Sequence record: PV764603.1
Length of the DNA stretch: 64,000 nt
Strand: one strand, 5' to 3'
How positions within the stretch are numbered: position 1 is the stretch's first letter; each line of letters opens with the position of its first letter. Below the pieces are notes generated by a model. That model had not been told where the DNA came from and made no database searches. It saw only the letters and a list, made by a program, of their open reading frames with translations. The translations under genes and the position numbers were made by a program. Of this stretch, positions 54,201-63,083 are shown in pieces.

Positions 54201-54314
54201 GAACCGGACTTCGATTATCCTGCCAAGCGTAAGGAAGCCAAGAAGGCTACCGACAAGCTGCTGGACAAGGTAAAGAAGGGCAAGAAGGACAAAAAGAAGA
54301 AGGAGAAAGCATGA
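51246..54314 (+). CDS. polA: Family A DNA polymerase with N-terminal UDG-like domain and 3'-5' exonuclease
   Basis: Exo VDTETIG, QNGKFDL, YCAMDV; pol TGR...PNLQQIP, DFSVHEVR (A), RQGAKGITFGSIYG (B), MVHDA (C); N-terminal KPDIILVMGDSA UDG4-like motif. Confidence 0.92.
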   Translation: MPFQRVKTTKFKNKVPSHLRELHCSPFDLSVPYEPSTKGKRCLIVTGHVSRHDLEANRLLSSAEDKHALSVTLEMARKWAKHFAKDGQSVENYSFSTINFNYHKNYHLSSEHHAESVRLSVKRVKEYIEEVKPDIILVMGDSASRHLLKTKTGHINHGLVHKISVGDTDYKAIPTIELSTLTMDPYMENGEKYEIAKTNLFMYAVRTISSIYLGKPCVSLKGVKPNAVFVNTMKRFKKMMTEVYAASAVSVDTETIGLKVLDNDILTIQFATSSEKGYVLALKHKDCPFNAKELKYIYAELRKFFSQKRLPHKKWKKQPYLIMQNGKFDLRVLREDLKVPCIQMPVWDVLAGEFVLDENLIDLRIHTDLKGAWGLEVMSARYNNTWYQTAEFGKADRVTIKEVSLNQAELDYCAMDVQMPFAIHLAQQKIAQAMEHEGGNYLADYRRMMLVQMSNMVHQLSSMKQRGMPLDMNYLMLLRSKASPLRKMIVEVEKKLKEMPNVKKANSMLLSERGAPSKGLFGAVTSWMFDLGKSAHKILLFIDLLKLKPVNYGKDGTTPAIDKVFQGAYADVPEVAVLTERSKIKKLDDSYGKGIWNQVKADPDVKKDGRIRPEYGFLLVTGRTNCTGPNLQQIPEHGKLAPIIKRLFYAPEGTLRIKFDFSVHEVRGWGIVANDNVLLSTFNNINDLVLRFRKKKNPTEADKTEVEVKGDMHKLNYSAFTGVPVEKVTKEERQGAKGITFGSIYGQSVKALAETLKKTVKEAQELTDRFFKKFSMAKKWLDRVGEQAVKRGYVTSPLGRRRNMWAGILGYERLHNALKRRGQNSPIQGMSSDIAIDAARLMEEAIYDFLLDMDELPEECSRPPMGVCAMVHDATEAEAQYRHVMALIWMMEYFAIHGVRKFLKDVFDLETHVDFAIEFAVGALGSEMRKWDWTQECLYDIIYKALQDQKNELKFKVDPDTEILNIYKWGAKYAPELRKRFPLPVEPDFDYPAKRKEAKKATDKLLDKVKKGKKDKKKKEKA

Positions 54315-54862
54315 TTGCTCCAATGACTGTGCGCGTAGGGGATGAGGAATTCCCGATGCGCGACCTGTTTGCCAGTGAACAGTCGGTGTTTCAGCAGCAG
54401 ATTGATGCAGTTACCTCAGCGTTGCAGGTCACGGAATTCGACCTGCTGCGTCGAGCAGAGACTCTGTTCAATCAACGCTTGCAGCACCGATTCTCCAAAT
54501 CGCAGAACCTCAGCTACGAAAAGCGAGTGTACCCTGCTTTCGGTCCAGAAGAATTCATGAAAGTGGCTGCTACTGGCTGGGCTGACGCGGACAAATCCCT
54601 GTGGATGGAAGCCGCCCGGAGGGCTTACCTAAACGATGCCATCAATGCGCTCGGTGGGGTGAACTACTCCAACGTTCCGTGCCCGCACCCTGATCCATTC
54701 GTCACCTACACGCACGGCGCGAATACGGGCGGATGGTCTACCAACGGTGACCGGTACTGGACAGACTTCCACTGCAATGCGTGCGTCAAGAGTTGGCGCA
54801 TGGAGGGAACCTACAATCCGAATCGTCATTCGAGGTACGGCCTAGATGAAAGCGCAAATTAG
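54311..54862 (+). CDS. Hypothetical protein with C-terminal Zn-ribbon-like motif
   Basis: CPH...HCNAC; ATGA overlaps. Confidence 0.6.
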   Translation: MIAPMTVRVGDEEFPMRDLFASEQSVFQQQIDAVTSALQVTEFDLLRRAETLFNQRLQHRFSKSQNLSYEKRVYPAFGPEEFMKVAATGWADADKSLWMEAARRAYLNDAINALGGVNYSNVPCPHPDPFVTYTHGANTGGWSTNGDRYWTDFHCNACVKSWRMEGTYNPNRHSRYGLDESAN

Positions 54863-55745
54863 TGAGATTTTCTTGTCGGTAGAAGGTGAGGGTCCGCTGC
54901 TGGGATGCCCCATGTTGTTCATCAGAACTTGGAGTTGTAACCTGACGTGTCCGGGATTTGGTGGCCATGAAGGTAAGCAGCAGTACGAAGGCGCAGCTAC
55001 GTTGAATGATGTGGTGCCTGCTGCTACCGGGTGCGATAGTGCGTATGCGTGGCATCCTTCCTTCAAGAACCTTCGGCAGCCAATCACTGTCGAGGATATG
55101 GTGCAGCAGATCATCGCTGCGCTGCCGGGAGGCAAGTTCTTCTACCCAAGCGGTACTCCGATTGTCCTGTGCTGGACTGGCGGCGAGCCCCTCATGTGGC
55201 AGCCCTTCATTCAAGCAGTGATGACGCACCCGGATATGCCACCTGTGGATAGGGTGCTGTTTGAAACCAACGGTACACTGCTGTGGTCGATGGATCACAA
55301 CAACTGGTCGGGCTATCCCACTGTCCAACTCAGCATCAGCCCCAAGCTGACCAATAGCGGGGAGACATGGGAACGTCGGTACAAGTACAAGGCGTTGATG
55401 AGTTACGTTGAGCACGTTCCGGCTAACGATATTTACCTCAAGTTCGTCAGCAATGGCAGTGAGGAATCCTTCGAGGAAATCAATCGTTGGCTGGATCAGG
55501 TCAAGACGGACGTGCACGCACAGATGGACATTGCGGGCATTGATGAAGAACACGAAATGTACGATGACTTCCACACGCACATGCACGACCGCAGGATACT
55601 GCCTGTGTACGTGATGCCGGAGGGAGTCTACAAGGAACAATGCAGGGAGGTGCAAGGCAAGGTTGTGCAAATGTGCATGCAGCACGGGTACAACTTCACC
55701 CCACGCGCTCATCTTGAACTATTTTCAGAGCTAATTGGGACTTAG
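54846..55745 (+). CDS. queE: 7-carboxy-7-deazaguanine synthase (radical SAM, QueE-like)
   Basis: ISEIFLSVEGEG..LG.PMLFIR..SCNLTC...GCDSAYAW, WTGGEPL, FETNGT, SISPKL, YLKFV, VYVMPEG, FTPRAH. Confidence 0.85.
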   Translation: MKAQISEIFLSVEGEGPLLGCPMLFIRTWSCNLTCPGFGGHEGKQQYEGAATLNDVVPAATGCDSAYAWHPSFKNLRQPITVEDMVQQIIAALPGGKFFYPSGTPIVLCWTGGEPLMWQPFIQAVMTHPDMPPVDRVLFETNGTLLWSMDHNNWSGYPTVQLSISPKLTNSGETWERRYKYKALMSYVEHVPANDIYLKFVSNGSEESFEEINRWLDQVKTDVHAQMDIAGIDEEHEMYDDFHTHMHDRRILPVYVMPEGVYKEQCREVQGKVVQMCMQHGYNFTPRAHLELFSELIGT

Positions 55746-55746
55746 T

Positions 55747-56235
55747 ATGAAGCTGTCAATGATCGCCGCCGTGTCGAAGAACGATTGGGTTATCGGGCAG
55801 GATGGCCAGTTGCCTTGGCATATCCCCTCGGACCTTGAGTTCTTCAAGGAGTACACGCAGGGTAAGACCGTAATCATGGGTAGGCGCACGGCTCAAAGCC
55901 TGCGCCGTGCATTGCCCAAGCGAACCAACGTCGTTATCTCTTCGGGGTACGAACGCGAAGGATTCACTACGGTCCGTAACTTCCTTGCAGCCTTAGATGC
56001 CGTCCCTGCTGGTCAAGACGCAGTGATTATCGGTGGCCATCACGTATACGCCACCGCGATGCCTGTAGTGTCAGAAGTGTGCATCAGTTGGGTCCACCAC
56101 GTCCGTCCGTCCGCTCCGGATGCTTTCTTCCCTGACACCTTCCGTGACTTCAAATGGAAGGCTATCTCCGAAGAACTCATTCGAGACACGCGTGACGAAT
56201 TCCCATATACTCGGACGATCTACCGCAAGGTGTGA
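55747..56235 (+). CDS. folA: Dihydrofolate reductase
   Basis: MIAAVS.N.VIG.DGQLPWHIPSDLEFFK..T.GK.VIMGRRT..SL..ALP.R.NVVIS; IIGG..VY. Confidence 0.95.
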   Translation: MKLSMIAAVSKNDWVIGQDGQLPWHIPSDLEFFKEYTQGKTVIMGRRTAQSLRRALPKRTNVVISSGYEREGFTTVRNFLAALDAVPAGQDAVIIGGHHVYATAMPVVSEVCISWVHHVRPSAPDAFFPDTFRDFKWKAISEELIRDTRDEFPYTRTIYRKV

Positions 56236-56240
56236 CTAAT

Positions 56241-56699
56241 ATGACCAAAGTTATCTGTGGATTCCCCGGCATAGGCAAGTCCACTGTAGTTAAGGAAAGC
56301 AAAGACCATGGGTTGAAACTGCTCGATAGTGACAGCAGCGCCTTCCCGAAAGATGCCTTCCCTGAGAACTACATTAATCACATTAAAGAGAAGACTTCCG
56401 ATGGATACACCATCCTAGCCTCTTCTCACGATAGTGTGCGCAATGCGCTCACGGAAGCGGGCATACCCTTTGTCATCTTCATGCCCCATGTAAGTGCCTT
56501 AGACGAGTACGTGCGCCGGTATAGGAAACGGGGAAGCCCCGAAAGCTTCATCAATACAGTAAGTTCTAACTGGCGAAAGTGGTTAGAGGGTTGCGCAGAA
56601 CAAGGTGGGACTTGTATCGGTAAGGTCATACTTCCCGGCAACTATTACCTTAGTCTTGACCTTATTCGACAAGCTGGTATTAGCATCAATAAACTGTAA
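56241..56699 (+). CDS. Small P-loop nucleotide-kinase-like protein
   Basis: VICGFPGIGKST Walker A, LDSDSS, kinase-like lid EYVRRYRKRG. Confidence 0.7.
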   Translation: MTKVICGFPGIGKSTVVKESKDHGLKLLDSDSSAFPKDAFPENYINHIKEKTSDGYTILASSHDSVRNALTEAGIPFVIFMPHVSALDEYVRRYRKRGSPESFINTVSSNWRKWLEGCAEQGGTCIGKVILPGNYYLSLDLIRQAGISINKL

Positions 56700-56729
56700 A
56701 TATAGATACACGCAATAACTGGAGAAGTC

Positions 56730-57797
56730 ATGCAGGCTACCGTCGGTGTAAAAGAACTCACCAAAGCAATCTCGCAAGTAAAGAACCTGACTGGCGCGGA
56801 ACACATCAGCATGATCGCGGACCCCGCTGGTCTGCATGTGTGCGCGGCTGGTAATGGTGTCAACGTGTCACTGACGCTTGAAGCCGAAGTGCGTAACAAT
56901 GGCAAGGTCACTCTGGATCACCTGCTGCTGTCGGGTGTCATCAAGGGACGCAAGAAGGTCGAAATGACCTTGAAGTCCAGCGACCTGAGCTTCAAGGAAG
57001 TGGATGGTCGGAAGTACAGCGGCAACATCGTTGTGCTGCCGTTTGAAGACGTGATGGTCAACGACGCGTCGAGCAAGCCGATCAAGATCAGTTCGGACGC
57101 ACAGGCTACCCTGAATCAGGCGGTGGAACTGGTCGGCCTGACCAACATCTACACTGATGATCCGATGTATGTGTGGGTCATCAGCACGAAGAAGGCGACT
57201 ACGGTTACTTGCTTCGATGACTTCCACATGGCGCACTACCACAACCCGAGTATGTCGCTGGGTCAAGTGGAGTTCCAGCTGTCTCTCGCCACGTTCAAGA
57301 CGCTCAACACCCTTAGCAACGGCAAGAGCTACAAGCTGGAATTGAACGATGGTACGCTGACGGCATACAACGATGCGTTCAAGGCCAACATGCCGCTGAC
57401 GCAGAGTGAATCGTCGCTGACCCCGGATCAGGTGAAGCAGCTGCTGTCGAATCTCAAGACCGATGGTTACTTCGAGGTTGAGCGCGATACCTTCCAGACC
57501 ATTCTGGAGAACGCCGCTAGTGCGTATGAAGGCAACAATACCCCGCTGACCATTTCGTCCAACGCCAAGAAGAAGCTGGAACTGGCGATCAAGGGCAACT
57601 ACGTCAACATGCGGGAAGTGCTGCCGAACAAGCACAAGATCAAGAAGCCGCTACAGCTGGACCCGTCCCTGATGCTGGACATTATGGAGCATGTGGAAGC
57701 CAAGGAAGTGAAGGTGGAAATCGTCACCGACAAGTCGCTGTTCATTCGTCAAGAGCTTGGTGCTGCTACCGTCGTGTACGCGGGCTCCCTTATCTAA
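56730..57797 (+). CDS. DNA sliding clamp (beta-clamp/DnaN-like)
   Basis: 355 aa, three similar alpha/beta units (L..AI..V; TL.QAV..V; F..IL..A); in the replication cluster. Confidence 0.65.
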   Translation: MQATVGVKELTKAISQVKNLTGAEHISMIADPAGLHVCAAGNGVNVSLTLEAEVRNNGKVTLDHLLLSGVIKGRKKVEMTLKSSDLSFKEVDGRKYSGNIVVLPFEDVMVNDASSKPIKISSDAQATLNQAVELVGLTNIYTDDPMYVWVISTKKATTVTCFDDFHMAHYHNPSMSLGQVEFQLSLATFKTLNTLSNGKSYKLELNDGTLTAYNDAFKANMPLTQSESSLTPDQVKQLLSNLKTDGYFEVERDTFQTILENAASAYEGNNTPLTISSNAKKKLELAIKGNYVNMREVLPNKHKIKKPLQLDPSLMLDIMEHVEAKEVKVEIVTDKSLFIRQELGAATVVYAGSLI

Positions 57798-57798
57798 G

Positions 57799-58200
57799 AT
57801 GATAGACCTGTCAGTTGCTACATTCCAAACTGACTGCTTCTATAGGATCGGTGCTTACTACGTCCTCCTTAACGTACCTTGCGCGCTACCTGTCCACGTC
57901 CAACCCAGCCCGCATTTGCAGCTGGGTTGGGTTCGTGTGAATACGCTGCACCTCGGTGAAGGCGGGATGCAGGTAGGGTATGCCATCGAGGCTACGGGTA
58001 AGGTAAAGCGAGACACCTATTTCCTTTTGGCGGCTAGAAAGTCAGTAGCTAAGGTTCCGATCAAGGAACTAGAGAAGCAGAAAGGATACCCGGAGCTACG
58101 TTACAAGCTACCCGGCATCAAGATTCTGACCACACCCCATACAGTGCTTTTCCTGAGCACAAAACCTTTAGACATTACGGAACATTTGGACAACCCATGA
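57799..58200 (+). CDS. Hypothetical protein (133 aa)
   Basis: Starts 1 nt after the clamp stop; ATGA overlap with folE. Confidence 0.55.
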   Translation: MIDLSVATFQTDCFYRIGAYYVLLNVPCALPVHVQPSPHLQLGWVRVNTLHLGEGGMQVGYAIEATGKVKRDTYFLLAARKSVAKVPIKELEKQKGYPELRYKLPGIKILTTPHTVLFLSTKPLDITEHLDNP

Positions 58201-58877
58201 GCAAGACTCTTGCTGGAATTCCAGCTACGAAGGAACAGTTGAAGGATGCGTACACGGTGATCGTCAATCACCTGCGCAGTAACACCAAGAATCCGGAACT
58301 GCTGGCGAATTTTGTTGGCACCGAAGATCGCGCTGTACGCGCTCTGATTGAAACCTGTCTGAGCGATGATGAAATCTCCAAGCTGCTCGCTCCGATCGTG
58401 GCTGTGGAATTCCCGGTCAGCCGTCATAAGCCCAAGGCACGTGGTCAGCGTGTCCCCGCCGGTTCCGTTACTCAGGGCCCGATCACTGTCAACTCCTGCT
58501 GCCCGCACCACCTGATGCCGGTTCGATACCATGCACACGTGGCGTACATTCCGGGTGACAATGGCGGCGTGCTTGGGCTGTCCAAGCTTGCTCGCATCTG
58601 CAAGCTGCTGGGTCGCCGCCCCGTCCTGCAAGAACAGCTTGCCGAAGACATTGCGGATGTGCTGTCTCTGACTAACGGCGAAGGCGCATTCCCCTCCCTC
58701 GCAAGTGCTGGCGCGGCTGTGTCACTGGTCGGTATGCACACCTGCATGGCCTGCCGTGGCGTTGAAGAGAACGCGCTCACCTCGGTCACTGCTCTGCGCG
58801 GCGACTATTGGGAGCCTGAAATGGAACAGAAGTTCCAGAACTCGGTGCAAGGTATCAAGACCACCAATCTGCGGTGA
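58197..58877 (+). CDS. folE: GTP cyclohydrolase I
   Basis: VNSCCPHHLMPV...HVAYIP...VLGLSKLARI...GRRPVLQEQLAEDIAD.L...HTCMACRGV. Confidence 0.92.
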   Translation: MSKTLAGIPATKEQLKDAYTVIVNHLRSNTKNPELLANFVGTEDRAVRALIETCLSDDEISKLLAPIVAVEFPVSRHKPKARGQRVPAGSVTQGPITVNSCCPHHLMPVRYHAHVAYIPGDNGGVLGLSKLARICKLLGRRPVLQEQLAEDIADVLSLTNGEGAFPSLASAGAAVSLVGMHTCMACRGVEENALTSVTALRGDYWEPEMEQKFQNSVQGIKTTNLR

Positions 58878-58882
58878 CCAAC

Positions 58883-59431
58883 ATGGCCGGTAAGCGCAAG
58901 AGCACGAAAGGCATCAAGTTCAAGCCGCAGCCCGTGGCGAAAGCCCCTGCTGGGTTGGAGGACGATGCAACGTATCAGAAGTACACCCGAGTCGTTAAGA
59001 ATTGCACCCTTGACATTCCGGCCCTGTACGCCGAGTTGACCACCATCCACTCCTCGCGTCCCATGCGTACTGCTACTACGCCGGGACCGAAGAAGGCTGC
59101 CAAGTTCTCCATGCAAGAGACGGCCCATCGTAGCCGTCTCGTTGAAATGCGTCAGCTGGCTGCATACGAATTCGCGGTCCTTGATATGGGCCACGGTGCG
59201 ATTCAGGATCACATTACCCACAAGCACCCCGACCTGATCGGCGGTCGTACCGTGGATGATCGGAATCGAGCTATGCGCCGTCTGCTACATAAGGGCGAGC
59301 GCAGGTTGAAGGAATTGGAAGCAGTCATCGAAGCTATTGATTTTGTGATCGAAGACATTGATAAGGCCGGCTTCTCCCTGCATCGGACCATCGAGGCTTT
59401 GGCCATCACGAATCGAGGAGAGTACACCTAA
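58883..59431 (+). CDS. Coiled-coil protein, UvsY-like recombination mediator candidate
   Basis: All-helical, ends LEAVIEAIDFVIEDIDKAGFSL; coupled (TAATG) to a UvsW-like helicase as in T4. Confidence 0.4.
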   Translation: MAGKRKSTKGIKFKPQPVAKAPAGLEDDATYQKYTRVVKNCTLDIPALYAELTTIHSSRPMRTATTPGPKKAAKFSMQETAHRSRLVEMRQLAAYEFAVLDMGHGAIQDHITHKHPDLIGGRTVDDRNRAMRRLLHKGERRLKELEAVIEAIDFVIEDIDKAGFSLHRTIEALAITNRGEYT

Positions 59432-61044
59432 TGGGTAAGAAGATTCCCTCGGTAACCGTAGTGGCGCTCGACCGCTTCTATGTGCCGGAGAATCGGGTTG
59501 ATCCTGAGAAGCTAGAGAGGCTGTACCACAAGACGGTGTTCAATGACAACGGGTGTCGCAAGTGTGAGTTCCGGGAGGAACGCCTCACTGACGAATGCCT
59601 TGATTGTGAGAACCTCGTTGGCGACTTCACTTTCTGGAATACCAAAGAAATTGATGGGAAGCCGCACATCGGACTTCCTGTTGGGCACCACAAGGCCCTT
59701 AGTGAGTTGATGGATGGGTACCGTCTCATCCTAGACGAACGACGTGCCAAGGGGCGCAAGCTACATCCCGATCTTAGCTTCGACTACAAGCTGCTGCACA
59801 AGTTCCAGAAGGGTGCTATCAAAGACCTGAAAAGCACAGGGCACGGTCAGCTGGAGAGTCCGCCGCGTTCGGGCAAGACGGTCATGGGCACTGCGCTGAT
59901 TTTCAAGAAGGGCCGAAAGGCCCTAATCCTCGTTCACCAAGAGGATTTGGCCGAGCAGTTCATTGAAACGTTCCGCAGCAAGAAGCCGAAGTTCACCAAC
60001 ATCGCTGACATTGAGAAGATGGAGAAGCGGGAACTGGTGGGCATCGCACGCAAGTACGAGCAGTTCAAAAAGTATGACATTGCGGTAGCTACCTATCAGA
60101 CGTTCCTGTCGCCGGGTGGTCGCAAGTTGCTGCGCAAGATTCGCCGCCTGTTTGGCATTGTCATGGTGGATGAGGTGCACCGTGCAGGTGCATCAGGTTA
60201 CGCCAAGGTCATCAACTCGTTTGAGTCTCGCAGCCGCTATGGACTGTCGGGTACGATTGAGCGAAAGGATGGCCGTCACGTGCTGCCTCGTTATATCATC
60301 GGTCCTGTCGCGCACAAGACTGAGGTGGAGACGATGGCACCGAAGATCGACGTGATGGACTCGGGCTTCTCAAGCAACAAGAACTACAATCTCTGGACCT
60401 ACGCCATGAAGGCGTTGGAAAAGGATGCGAAGCGGCAAGCCTTGATTGTGAACGAGGCGATTGCGATGATGAAATCCGATGGTGGGCGTAGCATCCTGAT
60501 CCCGGTCACGTTTGTCAATCAAGCAATCCAGATTCGTGATGCGATCAATCGTAAGATGGGTAAGAAGGTCGCAATCGAATTCACGGGGCGACAGGGCAAG
60601 AAGCAGCGTCGTCAGATCATTCTGGACGCCCGGGAGGGTAAGTACAAGTGCGTCATTGCGATGCGACAGCTGCTTACGGGTGTGAACGTTCCCATCTGGA
60701 GTGGCCTGCTAGAGTGCATGCCTATGAACAATCCTCCGAACTTCGTGCAGGAGTTCAATCGAGTTTGTACGCCGCACCCAAGCAAGCCTGCCCCGGTTGT
60801 CAAATTCCTCATTGACGACTTCTCGCCGTCTCGGAATTGCGTCATCAACATGTTTGACGTTCTTGTAAACTACAGTCAGCAACGGAAGGCTAAGAAACAA
60901 AAGCCGCTTGACTTCACGCCGCAGGGCCTTGACGTGATCGCACGTCATCGGGCACTGAAAGGCAACAGGTATCAAGCCAAGTTGAAGAGAGCGGGTCAGT
61001 GGGATCAGGTAGACAACCCACGCCCGTACCGTACCGATTACTAG
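59431..61044 (+). CDS. SF2 helicase (UvsW/XPB-like) with N-terminal Cys cluster
   Basis: ESPPRSGKT, LILVH..DL.EQF, MVDEVH, GLSGTIERKDG, LLTGVNVP; CRKC...CLDC. Confidence 0.85.
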   Translation: MGKKIPSVTVVALDRFYVPENRVDPEKLERLYHKTVFNDNGCRKCEFREERLTDECLDCENLVGDFTFWNTKEIDGKPHIGLPVGHHKALSELMDGYRLILDERRAKGRKLHPDLSFDYKLLHKFQKGAIKDLKSTGHGQLESPPRSGKTVMGTALIFKKGRKALILVHQEDLAEQFIETFRSKKPKFTNIADIEKMEKRELVGIARKYEQFKKYDIAVATYQTFLSPGGRKLLRKIRRLFGIVMVDEVHRAGASGYAKVINSFESRSRYGLSGTIERKDGRHVLPRYIIGPVAHKTEVETMAPKIDVMDSGFSSNKNYNLWTYAMKALEKDAKRQALIVNEAIAMMKSDGGRSILIPVTFVNQAIQIRDAINRKMGKKVAIEFTGRQGKKQRRQIILDAREGKYKCVIAMRQLLTGVNVPIWSGLLECMPMNNPPNFVQEFNRVCTPHPSKPAPVVKFLIDDFSPSRNCVINMFDVLVNYSQQRKAKKQKPLDFTPQGLDVIARHRALKGNRYQAKLKRAGQWDQVDNPRPYRTDY

Positions 61045-61051
61045 GTGACAA

Positions 61052-61657
61052 GTGAAGCTAACCCTAAAGAAAAGTGAGCTTCGGAATCTGCGGCTGGAGC
61101 GAGTGCCCCTGCCGCAGTTCTCCACCCTCGACGTAGACGCGGAACGCATCGTCTCCAAGTCAGGAAATGGCAAGGTTCGTACCATCAAGCCAAAGGCACA
61201 GTTGGACGCGCTCGCCAAATTCGCTCCGCAACTAATTTCAAACTATACGTTCTGCATCAGCGGCACTGGCACCGACAGCACTGCCAAGTTCGTTGCTGCA
61301 TGGATGTACGCCCAGCTTCTGACCGCCTACAAAGAGCTTGCATCCAAAGAGGCGTTCGCCTTTGGCAAGCCGGTGTGGCACACCCTGACAGGCAGCTTTA
61401 AGGATGAGTACCGTGATGAACGCAGGCATGGCAAATCCAAGCCAAGTGCTTTCATCCTGACCAACGTTCCATCCGATAGTAGCCAGATCAAGATCGAGAA
61501 GCTGCGAGACATTCTGGAACTGTATAACGACGTGCCTCGCATTGTCGTTACAACGGGTATGGACCCCGTTGAATTCTTCACCAACAAATTGCACTTCCCC
61601 TTGAATGGCGGCATCATGGTTGCCAACAAGAGCCGGCGTGTTACTGAGTCCATCTAA
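61052..61657 (+). CDS. Degenerate DnaC/IstB-like AAA+ helicase loader candidate
   Basis: FCISGTGTDSTAKFVAA (eroded Walker A), FILTNV (eroded Walker B), PRIVVTT; directly upstream of DnaB. Confidence 0.45.
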   Translation: MKLTLKKSELRNLRLERVPLPQFSTLDVDAERIVSKSGNGKVRTIKPKAQLDALAKFAPQLISNYTFCISGTGTDSTAKFVAAWMYAQLLTAYKELASKEAFAFGKPVWHTLTGSFKDEYRDERRHGKSKPSAFILTNVPSDSSQIKIEKLRDILELYNDVPRIVVTTGMDPVEFFTNKLHFPLNGGIMVANKSRRVTESI

Positions 61658-61706
61658 GTAGTAACTACGTCTATGCGCACCAAACGAGGATAAGACAATT
61701 AGACTT

Positions 61707-63083
61707 TTGACGTTGATCGGAGAGAAGCAGGCACTGAAAGGCATCTGCTCGGATAATGAGAAGGTGTCGAGTCAGCTGCTCGGTACACTACGCGAAGAAC
61801 ACTTCCACAGCGGGCCATGTAAGGAAGCGTTTAAGCGAGTGCTGAACGTTGTACGCAAGAAGGGTGAAGTGCCTGAGTTCGGTGAACTGTGCACTGACCC
61901 AGCCCTGTCGGAGAACACACGCAAGATTCTGACGAAGGAACTGAACAACAAGAAGAGCAAGATACCGAAGGACAAAGCTGCTGCACGCAACTTGATCGCT
62001 ACGCTGGATCAGTATCGCAAGATGCGCGGCCTGTACTTCAACGCCAAGGAAGTGCTGGAGAAGCTGGACGGTGACAAGGTTGACATTGACGAAATGATCG
62101 ACTCGTCTGCCGACGTTATCACCGGGCTGCGTAGTAGCGCAGGTGCCACGGCCAAGGTGTATCACCTTGGTGTCGGTAACAACATGGATCGCCTCATCAA
62201 GAACATCCTGTACGGTGAGAAGGCGTCCATCATTCCGACTGGCTACCGTGCATGGGATGACGTAAACGGTGGCATCCTGCGTGGCTCGTTCTTTGTTATG
62301 TCGGCAACTACGGGTGGTGGTAAATCGACCGTAGCCAATCAGACCTTGATGAATATGGCCGAACGCGGTCATCGTGTCTGCCTCGTCGCGCTGGAAATGA
62401 CCAGCGAGCAAACGATGATGCGAACGATTGCGGCAGAGACCGGTATCGAAGTCAACAAGATCGCCCAGCAGAAGCTATCGAAGGGCGAGAAGAAGAAGAT
62501 CGAAAAGGCGTACAAGAAGAAGCGCGGTCACTTCAAGGAAATCAATGCTCGGTACAGTATCTTCTCTCCCGAAGAGGATATGTCACTGGAAGAGATTCTG
62601 TTCACGCTCAAGCCGCACAAGTTCGACGTTATCTGTATCGACTATATCTCCCTGTTGAAGGGCGTGGATGCAGATGAGAACTCGGTCAAGCAGCTGGGTG
62701 CTATCTCGCGTGCGGGCAAGATTTGGGCGAACAACACTGAGACTGTGCTCATCATGCTGGCGCAGCTTTCGGAAGAAGGCAAGATCAAGTACGCACGATC
62801 CATCGCAGAAAACGCTGACGTTGCATGGCTGTGGGTGTACACCGATGAGTCGCGTGAGACAGGCATCATCGACATCCGAACTACCAAATCTCGAAACCTT
62901 ACCCCAATCAACTTCCAGCTGCTCACCGACTACAGCATCATGAAGGTTACAGACCTTGAGGATGCAGATGGTAATCGGGATGAGCGTGCGCCTGAGCCTA
63001 CCAAGAAGGGCGACAAGCGACGTGCAGAACTGGATCGTCTGACGGAAGAGATTAACCTTCCCGACGATGGAGACGACGACTAA
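61707..63083 (+). CDS. dnaB: Replicative DNA helicase (DnaB-like)
   Basis: SATTGGGKST, VALEM, ICIDYISLL, MLAQLS, IAENAD, TKSRN; TTG start. Confidence 0.92.
   Translation: MTLIGEKQALKGICSDNEKVSSQLLGTLREEHFHSGPCKEAFKRVLNVVRKKGEVPEFGELCTDPALSENTRKILTKELNNKKSKIPKDKAAARNLIATLDQYRKMRGLYFNAKEVLEKLDGDKVDIDEMIDSSADVITGLRSSAGATAKVYHLGVGNNMDRLIKNILYGEKASIIPTGYRAWDDVNGGILRGSFFVMSATTGGGKSTVANQTLMNMAERGHRVCLVALEMTSEQTMMRTIAAETGIEVNKIAQQKLSKGEKKKIEKAYKKKRGHFKEINARYSIFSPEEDMSLEEILFTLKPHKFDVICIDYISLLKGVDADENSVKQLGAISRAGKIWANNTETVLIMLAQLSEEGKIKYARSIAENADVAWLWVYTDESRETGIIDIRTTKSRNLTPINFQLLTDYSIMKVTDLEDADGNRDERAPEPTKKGDKRRAELDRLTEEINLPDDGDDD

Noticed and set aside
51190-56700. CTGTAAA upstream of polA (about 51191) and of the clamp (about 56694) as a middle promoter
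   Set aside because: Only two instances, too few to distinguish from chance.
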